A stretch of 64,000 nt of DNA, taken from Neoechinorhynchus agilis. Its lineage: Eukaryota; Animalia; Acanthocephala. Position 1 is the stretch's first letter. Each line of letters opens with the position of its first letter. The translations under genes were made by a program, and so were the position numbers. The notes beneath the pieces are model-generated. The model saw nothing but the letters and a program-made list of their open reading frames with translations. It searched no databases and had not been told where the DNA came from. Shown here in pieces: positions 1-11,319 of this stretch. Location of the stretch: the NCBI GenBank assembly GCA_051530055.1, contig CM121342.1, positions 8,217,412 to 8,281,411 of the forward strand, given 5' to 3'.

Positions 1-486
1 ATTCAGCCGGCAGATTTGCAAGACATGCCGAAATTGACATGGTGCTGAGCCGGGCCCTTGTTATGTGGTACATGCCCCCAATATTTTGGAACCAGTAAAC
101 CTCTGTAGGGACGACGGACGTAGACCTGATAAGGTGACCGTATTTCCGTGGCGGGAGGGTAAATGCCTCTTCTGGGACGCCAATTGTGTCGATACACTCG
201 CGGTCTCAAGCTGGAGGTGCCGTGAGCGCTGCGGAAGGACGGAAAACGGCAAAATACCTCGATTTAGCCCGGGCCCATGTGTTTGTGCCTTTTGGGGTTG
301 AGACATACGGATCTCTTGATAGCAAGGCTCTTCAACTTCTGAAGGATCTGAAGCGACGCCAGGTCAATACCTGGTTCAAAATTTCAGCATCGCCGTGTTG
401 AGAGGCAACACTTCAAGCATTCGGGCGACAATTGAGGACGAGGACGGCTAGGCATATAACAGCTTGTGAGCGAGCGCTGAAATAAA
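1..486 (+). mobile_element. 3' end of CRE-clade RLE non-LTR retrotransposon (family A), decayed
   Basis: Restriction-like endonuclease motifs [26 protein letters not shown] and [11 protein letters not shown], then AATAAA at 481-486. Same as 26059-26544. Confidence 0.9.
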
Positions 487-586
487 TACATTTGATTATT
501 AAAAAACAATTCAGCAGGAATTTAAACACATTCGAAACTGTGAAGCAGACAATTGTATGGAAATTTTTAATGCTACTAATGGGCGA

Positions 587-657
587 GCATTGGTGGTTCA
601 GTGGTAGAATTCTCGCCTGCCACGCGGGAGACCCGGGTTCGATTCCCGGCCAATGCA
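587..657 (+). tRNA. trnG-GCC: tRNA-Gly (GCC)
   Basis: GCATTGG/CCAATGC acceptor stem, anticodon loop CT-GCC-AC, GGTTCGATTCC T-arm; essentially the metazoan tRNA-Gly-GCC sequence. Confidence 0.97.
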
Positions 658-1084
658 ACAGGCGATTGAACACCGACAAACGTTCCCAGGAAGACCGCAC
701 TTCTCTCACTCCCTAAAATTCGGCAGCAATCAATTCTTCTAAAATACATAATAAAATCATGCCGACACGGACTTATGTTCACTAAGTCAACAATAAAATT
801 ATTCTTTTAGCAGCGCAGCGATCCAACGCCGATATGCCGCAGGCGCTAAAGGGAGAGAACTCACACGGATGGCCATCTTCTCCTCGGGATGCATCAGATT
901 ATCTGAAGGCGTTTAAAAATTCATATCTTCCCGGATCAAAGATAACACAAAATGGAATAATTTGCTCTTCGGGATTCTCCGTGCTCTGACGATGTCAAAG
1001 GTGAAACCTTCCTCGTTAACAACGGCGTCGACATTGAGAATCGGAATCGATGTCTCGATGATGAACGTCTTTTAAAGATTCGAT

Positions 1085-1156
1085 CTCGGTGTCGGGGAAT
1101 CGAACCCCGGTCACCCGCGTGACAGGCGGGTATACTCACCACTATACTAACACCGA
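1085..1156 (-). tRNA. trnD-GTC: tRNA-Asp (GTC)
   Basis: Reverse complement TCGGTGTTAGTATAGTGGTGAGTATACCCGCCTGTCACGCGGGTGACCGGGGTTCGATTCCCCGACACCGAG: 7-bp acceptor stem, CCCGC/GCGGG anticodon stem, GTC anticodon, G73. Confidence 0.95.
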
Positions 1157-1474
1157 CGCTTAAAATTTCATCCACGGATATTGGAAAATCAAATCCGATT
1201 TATCGGAATCTTATCTCTCTTATTGTAAATCTCCAAATGCCTCCAGCTCTATCTCGCCTAAAATTAACTAAAATACATCATCTCTGAAAAATGGCCGGGA
1301 TAATCAATGCCAGTTTTATAATGAAACGTTTTAAATCACCAAAAACCAAAAACGTCTGGATTTTCCAAAAAGAAACTTAATAGATTTTGAAGAATTGATG
1401 GAAAATGAGTACACGTTTTCGAAAATCAAAATTATTGACCAACAAAAAACGATACTCAAGATAAATAAATTTAA

Positions 1475-3035
1475 AGGCAGCTAAAGTTCTATGTAAACGA
1501 ATCACAGACAAGGTAGGCGCACAATTTCGACCTGTACAACTTGGTTGCTGTACCTCGTGTGGTACCAAGGCGATCGTTCATGCTCTTCGTAATTATATTG
1601 AAAATTCGACTTCGCCAAGTGTTGTGCTTAAACTCGACTTTAAAAACGCGTTCAACTCATTGAATCGACGTTCCCTCCTAAATAGGATAATCGAAAACGT
1701 ACCGGATATTTTCCCGTACTTTCAAACAGCTTACGGCTCAAAGACGCCTCTAATATATGAGAATAATATAATATGGTCGGAGTCCGGAGTTCAGCATGGA
1801 GACCCCCTGGGCCCGATCGGTTTCTCAGTCGCAGTTAATCACGTTGCTAAATCTTTAAAGTCCAAATTCAATGCTTGGTATCTCGACGACGGAACTTTGG
1901 GAGACTATCCAGCAATAGTTCTGGACGATTTTAAAATATTCGTAGAAAAAACCAAAGAACTGGGGTTGCAACTCAATTTCGCAAAGTGCCAAATTCTGCT
2001 GCTAAACATGAAGGAAAAAGACGAGTCAATTATATTGGATGAGTTTTCATCGGTTGCACCAGGAATAGAAGCCATTAATCTTAGAAAGCTTCGTCTATTG
2101 GGATCTTGCGTGATTAAGGAGAATCTGCCAAAGGATATTGAAATGACCGCTTCATAGCTAAAGCTGATATGCAAGAGAACATAGGAATTGAAGAGCCATG
2201 AAGCAATCTTCTTGATTAAGAACTGCCTCTTCTTGCCTAAGCTCCTCCACAAGCTAAGGACTGTTCTTGCCTTCGACAACACGGACGACCTCGATAAATT
2301 GAACTGCCTATTGCGCGGTGAGCTGGAGAAAACGCTTAACATCGCCTTTGACGTTACATCGTGGAGACAAGCTACATTACCGACATTAAGTGGGGGGTTC
2401 CGGACTACGACAGACTAAAGATGTCACTTTACCGGCTTTCCTTGCCTCCATTTGTGCTAGTCTTAAGTACTCAACTAATATTTTTCCTGAGGTCAACGCG
2501 GAGCATTTCGATCGAGCTTTTGTGAAGTGGACAACATTAAGCGGGCAAACACAGATACCTAGAGAAAGCAACAAACAGCAAGCGTAAGATTCTCCACTCG
2601 TTCATCGGGTTCAATCTCAATTACAAGACCAGATGGATGAAGTGGCTAGGGTTCGTCTCGCTGCTTGTTCGACAAAGCAATCTGGAGCCTGGCTTGATGC
2701 TATACCATCCTCAAATTTGAGCACTTTGCTCGATGATGAGACCTTCAAATTCGGAATGAACATTTGGGTCGCTCATAAATGTCGATGTGATGTCACGGTG
2801 GACAATAAGGGACAACACGGTCTCTCATGTAAGCGATCCGCAGGACGTTTTCCCCGCTATGCTGAAATCAATGCTATCATAAGTCGAGCGCTGAGATCGA
2901 TTCAGGTGTCCTGCATCCTGGAGCAAAATAATCTCTGCCGCTCAGACGGGAAACGTCCTGACGGGGTAACGGTCTTTCCCTGGTCACGTGGCAGATTCTT
3001 TATATGGGACGCAACATGCGTCGATACGCTGGCAA
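1475..3035 (+). mobile_element. CRE-clade non-LTR retrotransposon fragment (family B), truncated at both ends and frameshifted
   Basis: RT motifs LKLDFKNAFNS, GVQHGDPLGP, AWYLDDGTL; ATLP..GG; zinc knuckle HKCRC...HGLSCKRSAGR; RLE RPDGVTVFPW..G..WDATCVDTLA. Confidence 0.93.
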
Positions 3036-3993
3036 AGGAAAATCGAAAGTTTGATTAAACGCTCAAGACACTTGACTGAACCAATGGCGAATAATTTTGC
3101 CTACACGCATTGCTAAAAAGCCAGGAAAGTTATTCTATAGCCTAAATATTGATTATAACCATTGAAGCAACATTTAAATTAGTTATTTTTTAACAAAATT
3201 CTTACCTATAACGTTTTTAGAATACTATAAGCAAACGATTCCAGTAATACGAAATACAGATTGGTTAAAATGTGAACCGATAAACTTTCTTGGTTCCGAA
3301 TGTGATTTATAAAATATATTTATGAACTTATCAGAATTGTGCGAGAGAGGAATATAATGAATGCATCCTTTTTTACGCCAGAATTTAAAAGGATATCTCA
3401 TGGGAAAATTCCCGCGCTGGAACCCAACGAATTCAGGGGGGTTAATATACTTATTAGTCGAAGTAAAAGACTGAAGTATTCGAGTTAAATTCGACATTCA
3501 ATCTTACTCATTCTGCCTCCATCAACTTCCAACGAGACTTAGGTATAAATACATTTTTGTCCAATACTTTTTCTGTATACCTGTCAACTCTGACAAGTTC
3601 AAAATAACACATAGCTATTTCCTTGTTCTTAACAAATCCATCCGTATTTTTAACCGCATTGACGATACGCGTCCTTTTTTTGTATTAAAAAGGCCAATAT
3701 TGACATAGAAAAATTTCTTTCCATAAAGCCTATAGGCTTCAAGAAAATCTCTCCAGCGAATAGAAGTACGCGCAATTTCCTCGGCCACTTCCGATGCATC
3801 CGTGATAACACAAATACAAATACGACAGCGTATAAAATATTTTCCTGGCATTGAATAACCTGAAAGCGGATTATATCCTTTTAAATGTACGGACGGCAAG
3901 TTATTTCAAGAATTATTGACATGATCACTCGTTCTAGAAATTTCTTCTCGAACATCCGACTGAATCCGCAATCAACATCGACGAACAAGCCTA
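3036..3993 (-). repeat. ~960-bp orphan coding unit, copy 1 of 3 (others 29094-30051, 35718-36676); frameshifted in this copy
   Basis: Direct alignment of the three copies. A 1-nt deletion relative to copy 3 shortens the 130-codon ORF to 94 codons. Confidence 0.9.
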
Positions 3994-4292
3994 TGCTTAG
4001 CTTTCTCGTTATCGGATCTTTCTTCAGTACAACTATTGAAGACAATGAATTGTATTAATAAAAAATGTGACAATATTCTCTTTCATCTAAGATGCGTACA
4101 CTTAGAATTTGTTTTTTTAGTGCGTTTATAAACAGTCGGCCTTTTTTACAAAAATAAAAATCGCATTAATGTTTGGAATTAGAAGGTGACACATTTGTGC
4201 CATTATTTATTATATAACTTTGTTATCAAATTCTATGGAGGGAACGTGACACATTCATCGTTCATATTTATTTAAACCGAACGTAAGTTTGT

Positions 4293-5279
4293 TTAAAGCT
4301 CAACGCGTTTAAATATTGGATATAATATATCACACGCCTTCGACAGTTCATCGTAATTTCTGCCATTCATTACTATCTTTCCTGTTGTATAAGCCTCAAT
4401 CTTAACATCGATTCCTTCTATGGCTACATTTGCCCCATGGGAAATTTCCGGCTCGTAAAAGAATTTGCTTAGCTTTCTCGTTATCGGATCTTTCTTCGCC
4501 CATAAATTGAGCAAACGATACATATCGATTTTAAACCGAAAATCGGTTTTAGCTTGAATCTTCTTCAAACTATATTCTCGAATTTGAGTCTCTTTCACTC
4601 CCGCTTCTGCAAGGCGACGAACTGCATCTTCGGCCAATTCACGGGTCTGATCGATGGTTCCTGAACAATAGACAACAGCTCGACCAAATCGGTAAAATGT
4701 GACTTTACCCGGGGGAGCGTAATGCATTAATATTAAAATCTTTCCATGCTCGTCTGTTTTGGCATAACTAATTTTTTTGACGAGTTCACGAACGTTGAGC
4801 TCACCGACGATATGGAAAGTGGCGACGATGTTATAGACAACTATTTGAAATTTTGAAGATTCTTGATTAACTGCCTGTGATTTGTTATCGAGTTGACCTT
4901 CTGATTCAGTTCCGGGCTTTTGAAGTGAACATCGTCTTTTCCTCTCTTTGTTAATCAAATGAATATTTCGTTGTTTCGCTATTGTATCTGAAAAATTTTG
5001 ATTTTTCGTCTGGTCCCCGCTGATAGATGAAATACGATGGATATCATCCTTAAAGGATTTGAGCCACGGAGCCAGATAACGTCTGTGTAGCTCTTCTCTG
5101 AGTTGTATTGGATTTGCTTCGATTTTTATCGTATTGGGCCATCTTTTAGAAAGCACGTCCACGAAATGCTTACTATTTTGATCGCTGAGAAGTTGACTCC
5201 GACTGTCCGTAGGCACGGGAATTCTCAGAACATTGGGTGGCCCGTACGCCACCCTCCACCGCAACAGCTTGTTGCGCAC
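4293..5279 (-). pseudogene. Partial duplicate of the TBP-related factor gene: core domain fused to an unrelated 87-codon 5' segment
   Basis: 4293-5018 is near-identical to 30351-31076; 5019-5279 is different but open in frame; there is no in-frame ATG before the core domain. Confidence 0.75.
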
Positions 5280-5344
5280 ACATTTTTCCTTCAGATTGAG
5301 ATATACTAGTTACAAACACGAACTACGCAACGGTATTGATTAAT

Positions 5345-5720
5345 ATTTTAAGTTTTACCGGCAAGCCGGTTTGTTTGATATCAACATTAAATTTTAGTTT
5401 GTTCCTTCTTGCCCGGCCCTCCTCCCGGGATGTATCTGGGAATCCGGAGAGATGTACAAACTTTTAACCTTAGTTTAAAACTTACTGACAATCGCTGAAG
5501 AAGATCCGAGAAAGTGGATCTAAATATCCAATAAAAACCTTAATTTCATTTATCTCTCCTATCGACAAATAACAATGAATATCTTTTCAACAAACTTTTA
5601 ACCGTGCATTAGAGACTATGTGGCTTTATCACTTCTCTGATGTAATTGGTTTGGCTTTATGCCTAAAAATAAGCCGGACAAGAAGGGGCAAACTAAAAAT
5701 TTAATGATGATATTCAATGC
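5345..5720. repeat. Dispersed repeat family X, two inverted pieces (5345-5416 vs 5665-5720)
   Basis: Homologous to 41645-41874, 37790-37935, 37430-37555 and 12525-12625 (shared ...gtacaaacttttaaccgtgcattagagactatgtgg... and ggatcc...gatacc blocks). Confidence 0.8.
5470..5592 (+). mobile_element. 123-bp hammerhead-bearing insertion (Penelope pLTR/retrozyme-like) with 12-bp TSD
   Basis: AAACTTTTAACC at 5458-5469 and 5593-5604. Contains CTGAAGA-A-GATCC-GAGAAAGT-GGATC-TAAA-TATC (G12 mutated) then AATAAA. The empty site is seen in the paralogous X copy near 37840-37860. Confidence 0.85.
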
Positions 5721-6341
5721 GGCACACATATTGCAGAAAATAGGAAAACTACTGGGGAAAGCTCATCTTGATATAAATCTCCAAAAATGTCTTATTATCC
5801 CTAACAACCAGATCAGAGCAACTAATCTTAGAACTTCAACACTTTTATCTAATTTTAAAGAGTTGCCGAAGGTTTCGAAAAATAGCAAGTTATTAGGACT
5901 TAAGGTACCGTTACTTGGATACCCGATTTACGAGTTGGGAAGGATTCGAAATATGTTTTATAAAGCCAAACTCATATTGAAAAGAGGGAGGCGTTTAGGT
6001 ATAAATGATAAAATGATGATAAATATAACTAAAACCCTTATTTTTGGTACAATTTGTTTTTTATAAGAGGCAGACCGCCAGAACAACGACTAATGATGTT
6101 TTTTAAAATCTTCCCGATTGTTAAAAAGATCAAGTTCTTATCAGCGGAATCAAATAAGGCATTGAATAAAGATCTGGCGATTTTCTTTTTATCCAAAATA
6201 TAATATTATAGCTGTAAATATAAATTCGCAAAACTTGTTTTTAATACACATAATCAAATGTGTCTGCAACTAATGAAAGGTAAGTTTGATTCAATTAATT
6301 TTAAAGAAATTATAATCCGAGACTTTCTTAAGAAAAACTGA
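5720..6341 (+). mobile_element. RT/thumb fragment of the I/Jockey-like LINE family at 13365-17627
   Basis: Near-identical to ~16765-17372; LDINLQKCLII and KLLGLK RT domain 6-7 motifs. Confidence 0.88.
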
Positions 6342-7233
6342 CGTGTATAGTTTTTACACGTTACCCAAAACGATGTGACGTCGGGCATGAACACAATCGA
6401 GGATATTCTGATCAATCAACAACAGTTGATACAGTTGTTGATACGGGAAGCCAAGTCCAAATCCGGCAATATGAACGACAGGAAGCGTTATAAAAGCACG
6501 ATATTTTGCCTAAATATCGGATCTAATAAATTTCTTGATGCAGAGCGGTGGTGTGAATGATAAAACGCGTTATTAAAATTTCATTCTTAAAAAAATAAAA
6601 TAAATTCCTTTAATTTTTACGCCATAAACAAGCAACTAACTTACAACAACCTCGGGCAATCAAAAGTTTTCAACAAGTTGGAAACAATAAGTACAGATTA
6701 TAGGCCAAACCCGTTAATAAGATAAGCATTAAGTCGTTTTTACAACTCGTTTATTGACTTGAAAAAATCGATTATAATTAATGGCTTTAGATTTGTTCAG
6801 ATTTTTCATGATGCCAGAAAGGAAATACAAAGATGATAGATGGAATAATAGGAGCAGAAAAATCCAATACTTCAGCAAACTAATAAACAGAATAACCCTA
6901 TGACGTGGTGGATTAATCAGCCGCTAAGATTAATCGAGCAAAACATTGAAATAAAATCACTGATTTTCAGTTCAGATCTCGAAATAAATAGTATGACAAA
7001 TTTTTCCAACTTTAAAACATTGAAATTATTGATGCATCCTTAAAACACCAGTCGCATATTCATGGATTCTTATTGGTAGAAATGCAATTATTATCTAGTA
7101 AATAATAATTTATCAATCAGAATTTTCCAGAAATTGTTTTTTAATTATATAATTATTACGTAATATAATTATACCACAAAGCGAAACCCTTTCTGAGAAG
7201 GTCACAAAAGCGAAAAAGCTATATTGCCCAAAA

Positions 7234-8007
7234 ATGAATAACGATCAAAACGAAGATGAGCTAATGCAATCCGACCAAGAGAGCAGAGATGGGTCGTCCT
7301 ATTTTCTCAGACCTGAACACCCCGAGGACAATGAAACGCTGGCTCATTTGAACGAAAATATCCCTGTAGCTGCTGCGTTTTTCGAGAATAGCTTGGTCCG
7401 TGTTATCGGTGCAACGAGTCCCTACCGATTTTACGTTTGGCCATTGAACGAAGCTGAATTTAATTCGACTTTTCTCCGTGAAATGAATGAGTATTATTCT
7501 AATCCATTTAACCAGTATGACTACGACCATGGATCAGGAGATGAAATGACTATTCACGTTGTAGCTTATGGAGGGAAATATTACCGAGCTCGCATTTTAA
7601 TTCGACAATATCGTCTTTATACCGTTTATTTGTTCGATTTCGGTATTACGGTAATCGTAGAAGAATGTTTCATATTTACCTGCGAACCGCAATTTGCATT
7701 AGTCCCGGATATGGCATATCCATGCAGTCTAGAAGATGGCCAGTCGCCCTCAACGGGTTCAATTTTCGATGAAATTCTTTTTCGAGCAATTGTTCTTGGA
7801 AATGTATTTGAAGCTCAACTTTTATATGTCGATACGTTCCAATGGACACGAATTATTGTAAAACTTTGGAGAGTTCAAAGAATCGGATACGAGTTTATAA
7901 GGATTGCAAACGACCTAGAAGTGCAAGATCAACGAATACCAATTAGAGCGTTGCTATTGGATGTACAAAATGTGATAAGGCTTCGCTATCCAAATCTCCT
8001 TTCGTAA
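7234..8007 (+). CDS. Single extended-Tudor (eTudor) domain protein, 257 aa, intronless
   Basis: eTudor pattern VRVIGATSPYRFYV ... YGGKYYRARI ... VYLFDFG ... FALVPDMAYPCSLE with an acidic N-terminus. Confidence 0.85.
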   Translation: MNNDQNEDELMQSDQESRDGSSYFLRPEHPEDNETLAHLNENIPVAAAFFENSLVRVIGATSPYRFYVWPLNEAEFNSTFLREMNEYYSNPFNQYDYDHGSGDEMTIHVVAYGGKYYRARILIRQYRLYTVYLFDFGITVIVEECFIFTCEPQFALVPDMAYPCSLEDGQSPSTGSIFDEILFRAIVLGNVFEAQLLYVDTFQWTRIIVKLWRVQRIGYEFIRIANDLEVQDQRIPIRALLLDVQNVIRLRYPNLLS

Positions 8008-9390
8008 GATGGACAACAGATAAACCGAAGGAATTATCTTCGGACAAGTGAAGAATAACTAGACGATTTTTTGACGATTTTTTGACGATTAACATTTTAA
8101 TATATTCCAAATTATTTTATTTAATAAATATTAACGAATTGTTTTGCAGATCAATGGATACCTTTCCTTTTAATAAAATGAAACAGTATGTTAAGGAGTT
8201 GGTTAGCAACAGAAGGAATACAACCATCACATTCGTTTGAGTAAATGTACAAATATTGATAAATTTATACAAATATTTAACATATTTGGTTCCTTGTACG
8301 ACCGCTCGATACACAATTATTTGGGAATAATTATTTTTATATTGCCTGAAAGATATTGTTTAGTATTTATCTTCCCAAATAAATCAATTATTCTAAGTGC
8401 TTTCCACAACATTAAATATTTTTTAAATTGCTCAGAAATTAATGAAAAATTTTCCATTACAAAACGCGCGAATAAAAAATGTCGAATCCTATTTGTTTAG
8501 TTCTAAATTGAGATTCACTTAAGTAATATTCGTATCAACTAGTAAACAAAGATAAAGTCGAAAAAATTTACAAATGCTGCATATCGACAGTGACAAATTT
8601 CGGATATCTTTGCAAAAGTACGATTATGTTAAATTAAGGTACAAAGTTAATACTTTTAGTAAAAGACTTTGCATAAATGATGATTGGCTACCTCGATAAG
8701 AATGTTGCAAGTTTTCACCCACTTTTAGGTAAATAAGTGAATTTTCGTCACTCAAATGAAATAAATTACTCGAAGGACAACGAACGTATTTCTGACTAAA
8801 TAAAGCGCGAGAAATATTTTTAATTTCTACAATCGTGGAATACCAATATTTCGTCATTTTAAAGCAATATTTTCTATAAGAAGTATAAAGATGATACGTA
8901 AATTAAATTCGGACTTATCATAGAGTGAGATCCTTATATAAAGTAAGAAGTCTGAATGAACGCTAATAATTTCTGTAACTATTTCGATTACTTATAGGCG
9001 TACGTTGTAATTTAATTGCCCAAGCGATATTCATAGGAAAGTTGCAGTATTCCTAGAAAAAAATCGTATCCTGCTAGTTACAATAAATAGTAAATTTTAA
9101 GAATAATTTTTTTTGGGAAAGCCAATAAGCATCATGGACTCGAATTCGAACAAGAATTGGCGAGAAAAATAAATAACTTTTCAATCTAATACAACTCATT
9201 CAGCTCGGCCAAATGAGATCAAACAATTCGCTCGAAAATATATAAGCAACACAGTGTTCTTATAATATTAATAAAGAATGCAAGGAAATCAGTGGAGTAA
9301 AATGTGAACCCTTTTTATTTCTATATGTTGCTTGCTCTTACCGTAAAAGAAATTCAACGATAAAACGTTTTAATAATAGGATCATAAAAT

Positions 9391-11319
9391 TCAGTAATTA
9401 TAAGTTGCTTTAATTTTCATTCCATTGACGACGATCTGTCCAAGCGATCTCATCATTGCGAAGCGATCAATATTAAAGTGTTGGACTAGATTGTTTGAAA
9501 CATTCAAGAAAACAAGATTCGACATTTTGATATCATAAAGGCTTCCTGGTATACTTCTAAGTTTGTTATCAGCAAGATTAAAAAATATAAGATTTTCCAA
9601 TCCGTCGAACGCATCAACAGGAAATGTACTGAGATCGTTTTGACTGAGATCGATAGCTTCCAACAGGCTAGCAGCTTCAAATGCTTTGGACTTTATATTG
9701 GTTATTATATTTGATTGGAGACTCAAATATTTAAGATTGCCTAGATCTGAAAAATCTTTAGGTTCAAGAATTGTTATTTGATTATTGTTCAAATCGAGAG
9801 AAGTTAAAGTATTGATTGGTAGCAACACTTTGATTTCTCTCACCGTTGTCAGATTTTTGTATTTCAGCGAGATAATCTGCGTAGCTTTTGAACCATAGAT
9901 TTTTAAGGCGGTTAAAATGGACTGCGGTACGAATTCCAAGCGAAGACCGAAGTATGCGAGAGCCAGGTAAGTGTTTGTCCTATTAAAGGTTACTGTTGAT
10001 ATGTTATTTCCTCGTAAAATGACCGATGGAATGAAATACATGGGAGAATTTCTTGCAATCAAATCTAGAATTCGATTTTCGGAAAAATCGATGTATCCGA
10101 GTTTTCTTGTATTCCGAAAAAGATTGCGATTGACATAATTTAGTTGGTTGTAACTAATCGAGAAGATTTCCAGTAGACGATTATTTCTAAAACTGTCCGA
10201 GTTGATCGTTGTTATTACATTATGATCAAGAAATATATCTCTTAAGTTGGTTAACTTTGAAAATGCGTTTTTGTGGAAACCTTTAATTTTATTATCTTGA
10301 AGGTGTAGTATTGTAAGACTTGTCCAGTAATCGAAATCATTTTCGTCGATGAAATTTATTTGATTAAACGCTAATGAAAATTTCTTTATATTTTCCGTTG
10401 TTTGTAAGTTTCCAGGTGGAATCGATTTCAATTGATTTCTCGTTATCTCGAGATTTTCAAGTCGAGGTGTTGCAACTAACAAGTTAGTGTCAAACGCTGT
10501 AGCCGATCCATCAGTGACAATAAATTCATATAATCTTGAATATTGGTCTTTATTTTTTAATAAATCGGTAACATTTGCAAGATAGGTAATGTGGAGATAA
10601 CGAAGATTTTTAAACCATTCCATTTTGTCTACGGATTTTATTTGATTACCAACTATGTACAATTCCTCAAGATTGTAAAAAGAGCTGCAATCTTGTGCCG
10701 ATAAATGTTCAATCAAATTATAATTTAGATCAAGTACTTTTAGGTATCTTAGTCTGCTAATAACGTTTATACTTTCACTTGTGAGAATATTGTTCGATAA
10801 ACGAAGTATCCTCAATAACGGTAATTGCTGTGGGAATTGGGCAGGAATTTTTGATATGTTGTTGAAACTTAAACTTAGTCGAAGAATTCTCATAAATTCT
10901 TTAAAAGCGTCTTCTTGAATCTTAACAATTCCAGCTCTCTCAATATCCAACTGTTTTACACCTCTGAATTTATAAAGTAAAGAACTGCTCAGTAATGGCG
11001 ATCTGTATGATTTTTCCGATTCATGAGAGAAAGTTACTTCAACGACTTGGGGAAATAACGAGGCAAAATTTTCAGGAATGTCTTTAAGATCGACATTATT
11101 AAATTCAAAATTTTCATAATTGCGTTTAGCACATCGCAATAAATTAGTAATCGATTTTATTCTCCCAACTGCAACATTTGGGTAACATCGTATTCCAAAG
11201 CCTGAGATCGGTTGACTGCTCGTTATCTCGCACTTCGGTTCTTTTCCAATCGGTTCCATTGAAATAAGATTTAGTTGAATGACTAACAACAGAATATTTA
11301 AATGAAACATTTTAAACAT
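9391..11319 (-). CDS. Secreted leucine-rich-repeat protein (~640 aa, ~20 LRRs)
   Basis: Hydrophobic leader MFHLNILLLVIQL; repeated LxxLxLxxNxI motifs; no TM or TIR in the ORF. First ATG is at 11319 (the ORF track start is TTG). Confidence 0.88.
   Translation of the reverse strand: MFKMFHLNILLLVIQLNLISMEPIGKEPKCEITSSQPISGFGIRCYPNVAVGRIKSITNLLRCAKRNYENFEFNNVDLKDIPENFASLFPQVVEVTFSHESEKSYRSPLLSSSLLYKFRGVKQLDIERAGIVKIQEDAFKEFMRILRLSLSFNNISKIPAQFPQQLPLLRILRLSNNILTSESINVISRLRYLKVLDLNYNLIEHLSAQDCSSFYNLEELYIVGNQIKSVDKMEWFKNLRYLHITYLANVTDLLKNKDQYSRLYEFIVTDGSATAFDTNLLVATPRLENLEITRNQLKSIPPGNLQTTENIKKFSLAFNQINFIDENDFDYWTSLTILHLQDNKIKGFHKNAFSKLTNLRDIFLDHNVITTINSDSFRNNRLLEIFSISYNQLNYVNRNLFRNTRKLGYIDFSENRILDLIARNSPMYFIPSVILRGNNISTVTFNRTNTYLALAYFGLRLEFVPQSILTALKIYGSKATQIISLKYKNLTTVREIKVLLPINTLTSLDLNNNQITILEPKDFSDLGNLKYLSLQSNIITNIKSKAFEAASLLEAIDLSQNDLSTFPVDAFDGLENLIFFNLADNKLRSIPGSLYDIKMSNLVFLNVSNNLVQHFNIDRFAMMRSLGQIVVNGMKIKATYNY

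Larger units (their letters stand above)
1..5018 (+). repeat. Segmental duplication, copy 1 (copy 2 = 26059-31076); left end lies outside the window
   Basis: Near-identical sequence and ORFs at a constant offset of 26,058 (1624..2157 = 27682..28215; 4293 = 30351). Homology ends after ggtcccc at 5018/31076. Confidence 0.97.

Noticed and set aside
986-1015. Hammerhead-like CTGACGA...GAAAC between the tRNAs
   Set aside because: Stem II is weak and there is no convincing stem I or III.
413-1175. ORFs overlapping the tRNA genes (also 26471-27233 and 38525-38707)
   Set aside because: Chance open frames across GC-rich tRNA sequence.
5659-6066. 135-aa ORF as a host gene
   Set aside because: Chimera of repeat X and a LINE RT fragment.
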